From Patescibacteria group bacterium (lineage in GTDB: Bacteria; Patescibacteriota; Minisyncoccia; Phycocordibacterales; UBA9973), in assembly GCA_038063515.1 (NCBI GenBank), contig JBBTUY010000002.1:65976-129975 (forward strand): a stretch of DNA of 64,000 nucleotides. The letters run 5' to 3'. Positions 20,808-31,199 of the stretch are shown here, piece by piece. The translations under genes and the position numbers were made by a program. Within the stretch, counting starts at the first letter, position 1. Every line of letters starts with the position of its first letter. Below the pieces are notes generated by a model, which was given only the letters and a program-made list of their open reading frames with translations, was not told the DNA's origin and did not search any database.

Positions 20808-21503
20808 ATGAATAACATATGGTCTTCATGGGGTGAAGTTTTCAATACATCACTTCAAGGTTTATGGTGGGGTCTTGCTTCTTTTGCTCCAAAGTTTGTC
20901 GTAGCAATTTTATTTTTTATAATCGGTTGGTTTTTGGGTAATCTTATCGCTAAAGCTATAGAACAGGTTTTCAATAGTCTAAAGATTGATAATGTTTTTA
21001 AGTCTATTGGCGCGGAAGATTTCTTTAGAAAAGCAGGTGTAAGACTAGACACAGGGTATTTCATAGGACAAGTTGTAAAATGGTTTGTTGTTATCGTATT
21101 TCTTCTTCCATCACTTAATTTGGTTGGACTAGATTACATAGCTTCATTTTTACAATTCAGCGTATTAGGTTTTCTGCCAAGAGTTATAGTCGCAGCATTT
21201 ATACTTATAATAGCTGCATTTGTGTCTCAAGCTATATCTAAGGCTGTTACCGCGTCAGTAAAGACTATGAACTTACACTCAGCAAATATGCTTGGTGCAC
21301 TTTCTAAATACACTGTATGGGTTTTTGCTTTGATTATTGCACTTGGTCAACTCGGAGTCGCTGAATACTACATGAGTGTATTGTTCACAGGTGTAATAGC
21401 TATGCTTTCCATAGCTGGCGCACTTGCATTTGGTCTTGGTGGTAAAGATCACGCTTCTAGATTCTTAAGCAAAATCGAGAACGAAATGTCTCAGAGAGAT
21501 TAG
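20808..21503 (+). CDS. Membrane protein with repeated conserved TM-helix modules (MscS-associated TM_helix-like)
   Basis: Four or five TM helices with repeated (V/I)xxxxxALGxxG-like segments. Confidence 0.45.
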   Translation: MNNIWSSWGEVFNTSLQGLWWGLASFAPKFVVAILFFIIGWFLGNLIAKAIEQVFNSLKIDNVFKSIGAEDFFRKAGVRLDTGYFIGQVVKWFVVIVFLLPSLNLVGLDYIASFLQFSVLGFLPRVIVAAFILIIAAFVSQAISKAVTASVKTMNLHSANMLGALSKYTVWVFALIIALGQLGVAEYYMSVLFTGVIAMLSIAGALAFGLGGKDHASRFLSKIENEMSQRD

Positions 21504-21524
21504 GTTCTATTTAAATTAGCTTGC

Positions 21525-21589
21525 AAAAAAGATGTCTTTTTCTCACTCAAACACGCTGTTTGGTGTGGGCGGGGACATCTTTTGTATTT
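21525..21589 (+). repeat. Structured about 64-nt repeat element, copy 1
   Basis: aaaaaagatgtc...actcaaacaYgctgtttggtg...gacatctttt. Nested hairpins: inner caaaca/tgtttg and an outer stem. Near-identical copy at 22093-22157. Confidence 0.6.
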
Positions 21590-21617
21590 ACGTGGTTTGT
21601 GTTATATAATATGTTGT

Positions 21618-21899
21618 ATGAACAATGAGAATGAAAGAAAAATAACCAATTCAGAACTTTTAGAAGTTATTATAAAAGGTTTTTCTAAGATTGAAGAAAA
21701 AATGGCGACCAAGACTGAGCTAGAAGCTTTTAAATTAGAAGCTAATATCCACTTTAATAATTTAGAGACGGATTTAAAATCTTTTAAAAATGAAACACGA
21801 GATAATTTTAAAGAATTAAATGAAAAATTTGATGATTTGTCAGATACGGTAATGAATCACAACAAAAGAATTGAAGCTCTAGAAGAAAAAGTTTTATAA
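21618..21899 (+). CDS. Small coiled-coil protein (about 93 aa from the internal ATG)
   Basis: Heptad-rich sequence (LEAFKLEANIHFNNLETDLKSFKNETRDNFKELNEKFDDL). The track ORF start overlaps the repeat element, so the start is moved to the MNNENERK ATG. Confidence 0.4.
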   Translation: MNNENERKITNSELLEVIIKGFSKIEEKMATKTELEAFKLEANIHFNNLETDLKSFKNETRDNFKELNEKFDDLSDTVMNHNKRIEALEEKVL

Positions 21900-21917
21900 G
21901 TTAGAAATAAAATAATA

Positions 21918-22076
21918 ATGCTTGAATCATTAAAAAAGGCAGAAGGTATTGAACGAACCTGTGCTCACTATGGGAAATCTTTAAATGATGAGTCTATAAA
22001 ATTTTGTAAAGTTTGTAGACTGGGGATTTGTAGAAGTCATTGTGGTGTACAAAACTGTCCTAATAGACAAGTTTAA
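21918..22076 (+). CDS. 52-aa Cys-rich mini-protein (possible zinc ribbon)
   Basis: MLESLKKAEGIERTCAHYGKSLNDESIKFCKVCRLGICRSHCGVQNCPNRQV. Six Cys and two His. Below the 60-aa cut-off of the ORF track. Confidence 0.25.
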   Translation: MLESLKKAEGIERTCAHYGKSLNDESIKFCKVCRLGICRSHCGVQNCPNRQV

Positions 22077-22092
22077 GGTTAATATAAATACT

Positions 22093-22157
22093 AAAAAAGA
22101 TGTCTTTTCCCCACTCAAACATGCTGTTTGGTGCGGTGAGGGCATCTTTTTTGCTTT
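22093..22157 (+). repeat. Structured about 64-nt repeat element, copy 2
   Basis: Same core as copy 1. Differences in the outer stem preserve pairing (tctcac/gtggg vs ccccac/gtgag-ggg). Confidence 0.6.
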
Positions 22158-22262
22158 ACTTGACTTCATTTAATCTTTGGTATAAGATGGTATCTATCAG
22201 TATGAATATTACAAGGAACAGTTTAAAAGGCAGGCCCTAGCAGACTTTTCTTTAGTCTGTCG

Positions 22263-22287
22263 GCCGCCTCGAAAGGCGGTTTTTTTG
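22263..22287 (+). terminator. Rho-independent terminator
   Basis: ccgcc-tcgaaa-ggcgg hairpin followed by TTTTTTT. Confidence 0.6.
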
Positions 22288-23059
22288 TTGAAAAGGCAGG
22301 ACGAATGATATTTGAAAATTTAATTCCTGTTCTAATTTCTCACACACTTTTGTGTCTGGGTCTTTTTTAGAGACAGGAGAAATCCTTTATATTTAGTTAC
22401 CAGAGCGGTCTGGATTGTATAGTTTTATAAAATCAAAATTTTTCAAACTGGAAAAGCCAGATACTATTGAAAAATTTTATTTTAAAAAACTATTTATAAT
22501 TAAGTATTAAAGGGTTGTTTTGCCCTGATGTAATGTCAGGGTTTGTGATTTTCAAATTTCTTAACAGGAAATTTAAGGGCGTACGGTGGATGCCTAGACT
22601 TTAAGAGGCGATGAAGGACGTGGCGTAGCTGCGATAAGCTTCGGGGAGGTGTGTAGCAACCTTTGATCCGGAGATCTCCGAATGGGGAAACCCTATCTCG
22701 TAAACCGAGATAATCTAATTTTTTATTTAATTTTAGAAGCATACCCTGGGAAGTGAAACATCTCAGTACCAGGAGGAATAGAGACAAATATGTATTTTCT
22801 GAGTAGCGGCGAGCGAAAAGGAAGAAGCCCAAACCGAAGTAGCAATACTTCGGGGTTGTAAGGTAGTAATGTAGATTTCTAGAAGAGTCAAAAAATAAGT
22901 TATTAGTTGAAGTTCTTGGAAAAGAACACCATAGGGGGTGATAGTCCCGTAAACGAAAATAATTTATCTCTTTTATTACTATTCTTGAGTACCCCAGGAC
23001 ATGAGTGGCCGGGGGGAATCCAGCGGAACTAACCGCTAAGGCTAAATACTCTTAAAGAT

Positions 23060-23096
<37 letters not shown>

Positions 23097-24545
23097 AAGC
23101 CCGATTAGGGTAGTGAAATAGACCTGAAACCGTATGTCTACAAGGAGTTGAACTAGGGCCTCGGCTCTAGAACAGCGTGCCTATTGAAGAATGAGCCAAC
23201 GAGTTTATGCATGTTGCTCGCTAAGCCCGCTAAAAGGGTGGAGCGATAGGGAAACCGAGTGTTAATAGCGCGAAATTAAAGTAGGATGCATAAGACCCGA
23301 AGCCAGGTGAGCTTGCCATGAGCAGGTTGAAGTAGGTCGAAAGACTTATGGAGGACCGAACCGGTAGATCGTACAACGTCTTCGGATGACTTGTGGTAAG
23401 GAGTGAAAAGCTAATCGAACCTGGTAATAGCTGGTTCTCTCCGAAATAGCTTTAGGGCTAGCGTCAAGTGTTTTCTCTGGGGGTAGAGCACTGGAAGGTT
23501 TCGACAGGGAGCAATCTCGCGAAACCTATCAAACTCCGAATACCAGAGACCATAGCTTGGCAGTTACACCGTGGGGGCGAAGCTCCATTGGTGAAAAGGG
23601 AAACAGCCCGGATCTCAATATAAGGTCCCTAAATTCATGCTAAGTGTAAAACAAGAAGGTGAAGTTTCTTTAACAATGAGGAGGTTGGCTTAGAAGCAGC
23701 CATCCTTTAAAGATAGCGTAACAGCTCACTCATCTAGAGATTTTGCGTCGAAAATAATTGGGGCTAAGCATAGTACCGAATTTGAGGATTCGTGAAAAAT
23801 TTATTTTTCACGAATGGTAGGAGAGTGTTCCAATCTGCTGTGAAGCAGGACTCGCGAGAGCCTGTGGAGCGTTTGGAAGTAAGAATGTTGGCACAAGTAA
23901 CCGCAATGATGCTGAGAACGCATCACGTCGAAAGATCAAGGTTTCCTTGGTAATGTCAATCAGCCAAGGGTTAGTCGGGCCTAAGGGAATGGCGAAAGCC
24001 GTACTCGATGGACACAGGGTTAATATTCCCTGACTTTTGTATTTAGTGACGGGAGGACGGAGTGTAGTATGTATCGCTCATTATTGGATTTGAAGTTTGT
24101 GTATTTAGAATGATGTGTAGGAAAATCCGCACGCTGTCTTTAATGACAAATTCAAGGTACATGAAAAGTTTTCGGTCTCGGCCGGGAGCAATGATACAAA
24201 GCACGCTTCCAAGAAAAATCTCTAAACTTATAAATATAGAATCCGTACCGCAAACCGACACAGGTGATCAGGTCGAGTAGACCAAGACGAACGAGTGAGT
24301 GGTCCCCAAGGAACTCGGCAAAAAAGCAGCCGTAACTTCGGGATAAGGCTTGCCCCTATTTATTTAGGGGCCGCAGCGAAAGTATTCCTGGCAACTGTTT
24401 ACCAAAAACACAGCTCCCTGCGAACTCGCAAGAGGATGTATAGGGGGTGACACCTGACCAATGCCAGAAGGTCAAACAACGACGTTGTGAGTAGCAATAT
24501 TTATGGTGATTGTTGTAAGCCCTGGTGAATGTCGGCCGTAACTAT

Positions 24546-25336
24546 AGACAAAACCGTTGTAGTTACGCAAATAAATCTTGCCAAATGCTGGAAACTCTGG
24601 GTCCAATTTACATTGGATAAAAAAGTGTTGATTAGTACGAGCACACGTCGATGTGTCGTGACAATCTAATCACGCAGACAATCAGCAGGAAAGACTTCTG
24701 ATCTAATAAAACATAATGAAAAATATCCCGATCGATATAGGAAACTATATTGCAGGATTTACAGACGGCGAAGGAAGCTTCAATGTCTCAATCAAAAAGA
24801 GATTAGATTATAAAGAAAGTTGGAAATTGACTGCATCGTTCAATATTTCCCAAAAAGATAGAGTTATCCTCTCTTGGATAAAACACATTTTGGGATGTGG
24901 GACATTGCGGGAAAGAAAAGATGGTGTTGTGTATTATGAAGTAACAAATATTACTTCACTACACGATGTTGTCATTCCATTCTTCCGAGTGTATGGTTTT
25001 CGTTCCGCATACAAAAAGAACAATTTTAGAATTTTTTCTCAAATTGTTGAGATGATGCATGCAGGCGAACACAATACCAAGGAAGGATTTCGAAAGGTCT
25101 TGGAGTTAAGAGAAAAACTTAATCCAGGAATTGGACGAAAACGAAAATATACATTACTAAATGTACTAACTTCAGAAGAATCCTCAGAGACTATACGCAA
25201 GACGTTTTCAAATCAATAAATTGGAGTCGACGATTTGAAAATGATGATATAGTCCGACCTCTATGGCGACATAGAGTTAACATGTTTTAGTTTTTATTTG
25301 GTAAACAATAAGTACACATTCATACCTTAAGAAAAG
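24546..25336 (+). mobile_element. Group I intron 1 in 23S (near E. coli position 1917) carrying a LAGLIDADG homing endonuclease ORF
   Basis: Exon sequence AACTAT|AACGGTCC is split by 791 nt. The intron ends in G. Contains ORF 24716-25219. Confidence 0.75.
24716..25219 (+). CDS. LAGLIDADG homing endonuclease (single-motif type)
   Basis: Motif YIAGFTDGEGSF near the N-terminus. Located inside the 23S intron. Confidence 0.8.
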   Translation: MKNIPIDIGNYIAGFTDGEGSFNVSIKKRLDYKESWKLTASFNISQKDRVILSWIKHILGCGTLRERKDGVVYYEVTNITSLHDVVIPFFRVYGFRSAYKKNNFRIFSQIVEMMHAGEHNTKEGFRKVLELREKLNPGIGRKRKYTLLNVLTSEESSETIRKTFSNQ

Positions 25337-25920
25337 AACGGTCCTAAGGTAGCGAAATACCTTGTCGGGTAAGTTCCGACGCGCACGAATGGTGTAATGA
25401 CTGGGAAACTGTCTCGGGGACCAGCTCGGTGAAAATACAATACCGGTGAAGATGCCGGTTAAGTGCAGTTAGACGAAAAGACCCTAGAAGCTTTACTATA
25501 ACTTGATATTGAGCATGTTTTTAAAATGCGTAGAATAGATGGGAGAGGTTTGAGGTATGCGGTTTCGGCTGTGTTCTACTCGTCAGTGAAATACCATTCT
25601 TTTTGAAGGCATGTTCTAACCAATACGGCAAAAACGTATTGAGACAGTATCTGGTGGATAGTTTTACTGGGGCTGTACCCTCCTAAAGAGTAAAGGAGGG
25701 GTTTAAAGGTAAGCTAGGCGCGAATGGAAACCGTGCCGATAGTGTAATGGCACAAGCTTGCTTGACTGTAAGGGGTACATCCCGAGCAGGTACGAAAGTA
25801 GAACATAGTGAACCGACCATACGTATTAGATGCGGTGGAAGATTAACGGATAAAAGCTACTCTAGGGATAACAGGCTAGTTCCGCCCAAGAGTTCATATC
25901 GACGGCGGAGTTCGGCACCT

Positions 25921-26716
25921 TAACACATCGGGGTGCCATGCGAGGAATCGCATGCAAAAAATTTGGCTTATAACGGTGGACGCCATATAATAAGATATAT
26001 GGTCAATACCGTGGGAAGTCTTACAGGATTTGAACGATCCCTCATTGTTGGATCGCTCTTAGGAGATGGGTATATGAGAATTATACCTGGCAGATCTAAT
26101 GCATTTTTAGAAATTAATCATTCTATAAAAGCAAAAGAATATGTTGATTATAAATACCAATCTTTAAAAAGATTGTGTGAATCAGCTCCAAAAGAACGGA
26201 ACACAAATGAAGGTCGAGTTGCATATAGATTTTTTACTAAACAAAGTGAAGAATTAACTAAATTATACAATCAATTTTACAAGAATAATAAAAAAATTAT
26301 TCCAAAAGATTTGATTTTAGATGGAGTTACACTTGCTGTTTGGTATATGGATGACGGCAGTAAATGTCGTGATCATGACATCTATCTCAACACGCAACAG
26401 TTTTCAATTAATGATCAAAAAATACTCTTGTCTAAACTTCGAAACATCAGTATCGATGCTCGACTTAATAAAGATAAAAAATATTATAGAATCAGAATAT
26501 TGAAAACAAGTATAAAAACGTTTATGGAAATAATTTCTCCACATATTTTTACTTCGATGCGATACAAATTAGTAATGACCCCGTAGAGACTTGTTCTTAA
26601 CTGAACGGAGTGTTCCATATACGGAATGCTAACACGCCAACTCCAACACTTTGATTGATATCAAAGAAGGAAGAAGATATAGTCCATCCCATTGGTAACA
26701 ATGGATTACACGACAG
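25921..26716 (+). mobile_element. Group I intron 2 in 23S (near E. coli position 2500) carrying a double-motif LAGLIDADG endonuclease ORF
   Basis: Exon sequence GGCACCT|CGATGTCGGCTC is split by 796 nt. Terminal G is present. Confidence 0.75.
25933..26586 (+). CDS. LAGLIDADG homing endonuclease (two motifs)
   Basis: Motifs LIVGSLLGDGYM and LAVWYMDDGSK. The true start may be downstream of the track start. Confidence 0.75.
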   Translation: MPCEESHAKNLAYNGGRHIIRYMVNTVGSLTGFERSLIVGSLLGDGYMRIIPGRSNAFLEINHSIKAKEYVDYKYQSLKRLCESAPKERNTNEGRVAYRFFTKQSEELTKLYNQFYKNNKKIIPKDLILDGVTLAVWYMDDGSKCRDHDIYLNTQQFSINDQKILLSKLRNISIDARLNKDKKYYRIRILKTSIKTFMEIISPHIFTSMRYKLVMTP

Positions 26717-26809
26717 CGATGTCGGCTCACCTTAGCGCGGTGGCGGAGAAGCTACCAAGCGTTTGGCTGTTCGCCAATTAAAAAGGTACGCGAGCTGGGT
26801 TCAGACCGT

Positions 26810-27153
26810 TAAGATCATAAATAAAATTGTGATTTTGACAGTTTGAACCCTCAGAGGAAGAGAGAACTTGAAAAAGAACTTAAACTGTTTTAATTGAAGA
26901 CAACCACGTGCATCGCATTAATTTGCTTTGGCACATCACGGCGGTCCTAAATATTTATATTTAGGAAGAAGTCGGGGTTTTCGGAGGAATCCTATTCGTG
27001 AAAACGAAGGACAACACCGAGAAGAATCTCATATTTTTTTGATTTTCTTTGTAGAGACTACAAACCGACCTTCGATTTTATATTGAAGAATGTATAGTCC
27101 AATCCACACAGTAATGTGTGAAAAATTTTATTTTAAAAATAAAATTATAGATG
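26810..27153 (+). mobile_element. ORF-less group I intron 3 in 23S (near E. coli position 2593)
   Basis: Exon sequence GGGTTCAGACCGT|CGTGAGACAGG is split by 344 nt. The intron ends in G. No ORF is present. Confidence 0.6.
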
Positions 27154-27205
27154 CGTGAGACAGGTTGGTCTCCTATCTACTGCACTCGTTGATTCTTGAG
27201 AAGAT

Positions 27206-27236
<31 letters not shown>

Positions 27237-27563
27237 TGACCTCTGGTGTATCAGCTGTCCTGCCAAGGGCAATGCTGAGTAGCTATGTCGGGAATGGATA
27301 ACCTCTGAAAGCATCTAAGAGGGAAGCCAGCTTCAAGATTAGGAATCGTTAAGAACCCTGAGAGATGATCAGGTTGATAGGCTTTAAGTGTAAGCGCAGT
27401 AATGCGTTCAGCTGAGAAGTACTAATGTTTCGATTCCTGTTAAGAAATTTGGAAATCACAATAAAATTTAAATCTTGATACTAGCTTTACTAGTACTAAG
27501 ACTTTCAATTCCAATAAAAAAGTTTTGGAAATCACAATAAAAATATAGAACTTGAATATAATG

Positions 27564-27670
<107 letters not shown>

Positions 27671-27685
27671 CAATGTATTTAAGGA

Positions 27686-27716
27686 AAAAGCCAGTAAGAA
27701 ATTACTGGCTTTTTTA
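27686..27716 (+). terminator. Rho-independent terminator after 5S
   Basis: aaagccagtaa-gaaa-ttactggcttt hairpin followed by TTTTT. Confidence 0.7.
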
Positions 27717-27770
27717 TTGTATTTGTGGTGTTTTTGTGTAATATCAAGAATAGAAAGGAGATTTTTAGTT

Positions 27771-27887
27771 ATGACTCCAAAACAAAAACTTTTTTGGAAA
27801 TTAGGGTTCACGATAACCTTAATCGTTACTGCTTACAAGGTCATTGAATTGTCGACCTTACTACAGAAGTTTACAGTGGCCCCTTGA
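27771..27887 (+). CDS. Possible 38-aa membrane mini-protein
   Basis: AAAGGAG Shine-Dalgarno 10 nt upstream of the ATG. Product is hydrophobic (MTPKQKLFWKLGFTITLIVTAYKVIELSTLLQKFTVAP). Only the 3' part of track ORF 27552-27887 is credible. Confidence 0.25.
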   Translation: MTPKQKLFWKLGFTITLIVTAYKVIELSTLLQKFTVAP

Positions 27888-27980
27888 GGGCTGTCGTAGG
27901 CTTTACTAATTAAACAACATATCCTTATTCTGTCAACACAATTTTGTTTTGACTAATAATTTTAATATTATTTTAGAAAT

Positions 27981-28008
27981 TTGACTTTTTATACCAATTT
28001 GCTAGTAT
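27981..28008 (+). promoter_or_regulatory. Sigma70-like promoter P1 upstream of rpsS (TTGACT - 16 nt - TAGTAT)
   Basis: A 27-nt block aatttgactttttataccaatttgcta is repeated at 32094-32120 upstream of rpsN. Confidence 0.55.
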
Positions 28009-28048
28009 TGTATGCAAGCTCGTAAGAGCTTTTTATTTAGTTAAAAAT

Positions 28049-28396
28049 ATGACCAGATCAATCAAAAAAGGCTTAAATGTAGACGAGAGGATATTAAAGA
28101 AAATATCCGGTAAAAACGCGCTTGATACAGCTATTGTTAAGGTGTGGAATAGGGCGTGTGTCATTTCTCCTGAAATGCTTGGTTTTAAGTTTGGTGTATA
28201 TAACGGGAAGACTCATATAGAAGTTTTAGTTACTGAAGATATGGTGGGACACAAGCTTGGTGAGTTTTCCCCAACAAAGAAATTCATGAAACACGGAGGT
28301 AAGATGCAGAAAGAGCTAGAACAGAAGAAAAAGGAAGCTGAAATAACAGCAGCAAAGTCTGCTACAGCCGCAGCTACTGACGCAAAGAAGAAATAA
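28049..28396 (+). CDS. rpsS: 30S ribosomal protein S19 with Lys/Ala-rich C-terminal extension
   Basis: Core GKTHIEVLVTEDMVGHKLGEFSPTKKF matches S19. Confidence 0.85.
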   Translation: MTRSIKKGLNVDERILKKISGKNALDTAIVKVWNRACVISPEMLGFKFGVYNGKTHIEVLVTEDMVGHKLGEFSPTKKFMKHGGKMQKELEQKKKEAEITAAKSATAAATDAKKK

Positions 28397-28421
28397 TCCT
28401 TAAGTCATTTAAATATAAAAC

Positions 28422-28832
28422 ATGAAAGCATTTTTAAAAAATTATAGACAATCTCCACGAAAAGTTCGCCTCGTGGCAGGACTAGTAAAGAGAAAGAGTG
28501 TAAATGAAGCCATAGCCGAGCTAGACTTTTTGGCTAAGCGTGCTGGTTTTCCTATACGAAAGCTTTTATTGTCTGCAGTTGCAAATGCGAGAAATTCTGG
28601 CAAAGAAGTTGAGAATTTATTCATAAAAGAACTTCAAGTAGACAAAGGTGTAACTCTAAAGAGAATGATGCCAGCTGCTATGGGTACAGGTCACAGGATA
28701 AACAAGCGTACAAGTCACATAACTCTGACACTCGGAGAGAAGTTTCCTAAGGCAGAGAAGAAAGTAAAAGATAAAGCAGAAAAATCTAAGAAAACACCAA
28801 AGGTTGCAAAAGTAACTAAAGCAAAGAAATAA
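28422..28832 (+). CDS. rplV: 50S ribosomal protein L22
   Basis: Sequence similarity to L22. Basic C-terminal tail. Confidence 0.9.
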   Translation: MKAFLKNYRQSPRKVRLVAGLVKRKSVNEAIAELDFLAKRAGFPIRKLLLSAVANARNSGKEVENLFIKELQVDKGVTLKRMMPAAMGTGHRINKRTSHITLTLGEKFPKAEKKVKDKAEKSKKTPKVAKVTKAKK

Positions 28833-28833
28833 T

Positions 28834-29532
28834 ATGTCAAAAATAGTACATCCATATGCACATAGATTAGTTATACTCCGAGACTGGAAGTCCCGCTGGT
28901 TTGCTGATCCTAAGAAATACGTAGTTTACTTAAAAGGTGACGTCTTAATACGACAGTACTTAGAAAAGAAGCTTCGTGGTATGTATGTTTCCAGTATTGA
29001 AATAGAGAGAAGTAGAAAGGCTACTAGATTTATCATAAAGACTTCAAGACCAGGACTTATCATCGGTAGAAATGGTGAAGGTGCTACAAAGTTAAAAGAA
29101 GACATCTTGAAAAAGATGGACAAGCTTAAGATAGCAAAGCCAGAAGATTTCAAGCTTGAGGTTGTGGAAGTTGCAAACCCAGAAGCTGATGCAAATATCG
29201 TAGCCTACATGATTGCTGAAGGACTCGAAAAGAGAATGCCATACCGTCGTGTAGTAAAAAGTATCATAGAGAAAGTCATGAATGCACGTGGAGTACTCGG
29301 AGCAAGAGTTGTACTCTCAGGTCGCCTTGGTGGTGCTGAGATAGCGCGTACAGAGGAGCTAAAGCGTGGGTCAGTACCTCTACAGAGTTTTCGTGCAGAT
29401 ATTGATTTTAAGCGTGAAAGAGCAACACTTTCATACGGTGTTGTCGGAATAAAGGTCTGGATTTACAGAGGAAAGATATTTGCTGACAAAAAACCTGCAC
29501 GTTCTTCAGGTGGAACAGAAATTAAGAATTAA
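28834..29532 (+). CDS. rpsC: 30S ribosomal protein S3
   Basis: KH domain and S3 C-terminal domain motifs (GRLGGAEIARTEELKRGSVPLQSFRADIDF). Confidence 0.9.
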   Translation: MSKIVHPYAHRLVILRDWKSRWFADPKKYVVYLKGDVLIRQYLEKKLRGMYVSSIEIERSRKATRFIIKTSRPGLIIGRNGEGATKLKEDILKKMDKLKIAKPEDFKLEVVEVANPEADANIVAYMIAEGLEKRMPYRRVVKSIIEKVMNARGVLGARVVLSGRLGGAEIARTEELKRGSVPLQSFRADIDFKRERATLSYGVVGIKVWIYRGKIFADKKPARSSGGTEIKN

Positions 29533-29541
29533 TTAATTACC

Positions 29542-29970
29542 ATGCTTACACCAAAGAAAGTAAAATTTAGAAAATGGCAGACTGCAAGGAGTAATCCTAA
29601 GACCAGAACTCCTGAGACACGAGGCACAAAGCTTGCCTTTGGATCTTTTGGATTGAAGGCTGAGACACAGGCACGTGTGAAGTCTATACAGATAGAAGCT
29701 GCTCGAAAAGTTATTTCTCGTACACTCACTAAGGCTGGTAAATACTGGATTCGTATTTTCCCTGATCGTCCTTTTACAAGTAAGGCTGCAGAAGTGGGAA
29801 TGGGAAAGGGTAAGGGAGATCCACAGGGCTACTGTTTTGACGTATATCCTGGACGTATCATATTTGAAGTAGACGGAGTAGATGAAAAGACTGCTCATGA
29901 AGCATTACGAAAAGCTGGAAGTAAGCTTCCTTTAAAGGTCAGAATAATTTCACGAGTTCACAAACAATAA
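29542..29970 (+). CDS. rplP: 50S ribosomal protein L16
   Basis: MLTPKKVKFRKWQTARSNPKT...GFGLKAETQAR...EAARKVISRTL. Confidence 0.9.
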   Translation: MLTPKKVKFRKWQTARSNPKTRTPETRGTKLAFGSFGLKAETQARVKSIQIEAARKVISRTLTKAGKYWIRIFPDRPFTSKAAEVGMGKGKGDPQGYCFDVYPGRIIFEVDGVDEKTAHEALRKAGSKLPLKVRIISRVHKQ

Positions 29971-29979
29971 TACAATTAT

Positions 29980-30168
29980 ATGGCTAAAAAATTAAAGGAA
30001 AATTTAAATAAAATGACAAAGGATGAGCTTAAAAAAGAGCTTAATACGATAGAAGAAAAGCTTCGACTTATTAGATTTAAAGCTGAAGGAGCAAAATCTA
30101 AAAACGTGAAAGAATACGGAGCTTTAAAGAAGACTGTTGCTCGAATTTTGACAGCTTTGAATAAATAA
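29980..30168 (+). CDS. rpmC: 50S ribosomal protein L29
   Basis: 62-aa helical protein with L29 pattern. Position follows L16. Confidence 0.85.
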   Translation: MAKKLKENLNKMTKDELKKELNTIEEKLRLIRFKAEGAKSKNVKEYGALKKTVARILTALNK

Positions 30169-30173
30169 AATTT

Positions 30174-30440
30174 ATGAAAACTAAAACAACAACAAAAGAA
30201 AATACAACAAAGAAAGGCAATATTTTAAAAGGTATAGTTTCTTCTGACAAGATGGACAAGACTGTTGTAGTCGCTGTTTCAAGATTTGTAAAGCATCCTT
30301 TATATGGTAAGTTTTACAAAGTGAGCAAGAAGTACAAAGCTCATGATGAGAACAATACTTTTAAGAAAGGTGATACAGTAGAAATAATGGAAACACGACC
30401 AATTTCAAAAGATAAAAGATTTAAAGTATTAGAGAAATAA
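30174..30440 (+). CDS. rpsQ: 30S ribosomal protein S17
   Basis: [42 protein letters not shown]. Confidence 0.9.
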   Translation: MKTKTTTKENTTKKGNILKGIVSSDKMDKTVVVAVSRFVKHPLYGKFYKVSKKYKAHDENNTFKKGDTVEIMETRPISKDKRFKVLEK

Positions 30441-30444
30441 TTTT

Positions 30445-30816
30445 ATGATACAAAACGAAACATTAGTAAAAATAACAGACAACGCTGGAGGCACCGTAGG
30501 AAAGGTGTTCAAGATTTTAGGTTCTTCTAAAAAGCGTTATGCAAGTCTCGGTGAGATAGTCATTATCTCAGTGAAGGTAGCAAGTCCTAGAAAGGGTGTA
30601 AAGAAGAAGGATGTCCATCAGGCTGTCGTTGTACGTACTCGTGGTGCATTTAGACGCCGTGACGGATCTTATATTCGTTTTGATGACAACGCTGTTGTGA
30701 TTTTAGAAAAAGGTAAAAAGGATCCAAAGGCAGGACGTGTTTTCGGTCCTATTCCTCGCGAGCTTGCTGAGAAAGGTTTCCAGAAGATAATTTCTCTTGC
30801 ACCGGAGGTTATTTAA
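30445..30816 (+). CDS. rplN: 50S ribosomal protein L14
   Basis: MIQNETLVKITDNAGGTVGKVFKILG...AVVVRT. Confidence 0.9.
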   Translation: MIQNETLVKITDNAGGTVGKVFKILGSSKKRYASLGEIVIISVKVASPRKGVKKKDVHQAVVVRTRGAFRRRDGSYIRFDDNAVVILEKGKKDPKAGRVFGPIPRELAEKGFQKIISLAPEVI

Positions 30817-30823
30817 TAAACTT

Positions 30824-30859
30824 GTTAGGCAAGACCTAACATGTTAGGTCTTGCCTAAC
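30824..30859 (+). promoter_or_regulatory. Perfect 17-bp inverted repeat (2-nt spacer) between rplN and rplX
   Basis: GTTAGGCAAGACCTAAC-AT-GTTAGGTCTTGCCTAAC. Confidence 0.5.
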
Positions 30860-30880
30860 AGACAGAATAATAAAAATACA

Positions 30881-31186
30881 ATGAAATTAAAAAAAGGAGA
30901 CAACATAATAATAACCACAGGCAAGGACAAAGGCAAAAAGAGCAAGATTATTCGTGTTTTAGTAAAAGAAAATAAGGTCATCGTAGAAGGTGCAAACCTC
31001 ATGAAGCGTCACCAGAAGCCACGAAGACAGGGTGAAAAAGGTGGTATCAAAGACATAGAGATGCCTATCAATGCTTCAAATGTTATGGTTGTAGATCCTA
31101 AAAGTGGCAAGGCTACCCGTGTAGGTAAAAAGAAAATAGGTGACAAGATGGTCCGTATTTCGAGAAAGAGCAATCAAGAAATTTAA
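30881..31186 (+). CDS. rplX: 50S ribosomal protein L24
   Basis: MKLKKGDNIIITTGKDKGKKSKIIRVL. Start moved to the internal ATG, because the track ORF start lies inside the hairpin. Confidence 0.85.
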   Translation: MKLKKGDNIIITTGKDKGKKSKIIRVLVKENKVIVEGANLMKRHQKPRRQGEKGGIKDIEMPINASNVMVVDPKSGKATRVGKKKIGDKMVRISRKSNQEI

Positions 31187-31199
31187 ATAAGTAAAATAT

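Noticed and set aside
22536-22832. ORF-track entries overlapping rRNA genes: 22536-22832 (-), 24043-24261 (-), 27440-27811 (-), the 5' part of 27552-27887 (+) and 26321-26503 (+)
   Set aside because: They lie inside the 23S/5S sequence or inside intron ORFs. Start-stop runs are expected in structured RNA. Only the distal 38-aa part of 27552-27887, which has a good Shine-Dalgarno sequence, was kept as a low-confidence feature.
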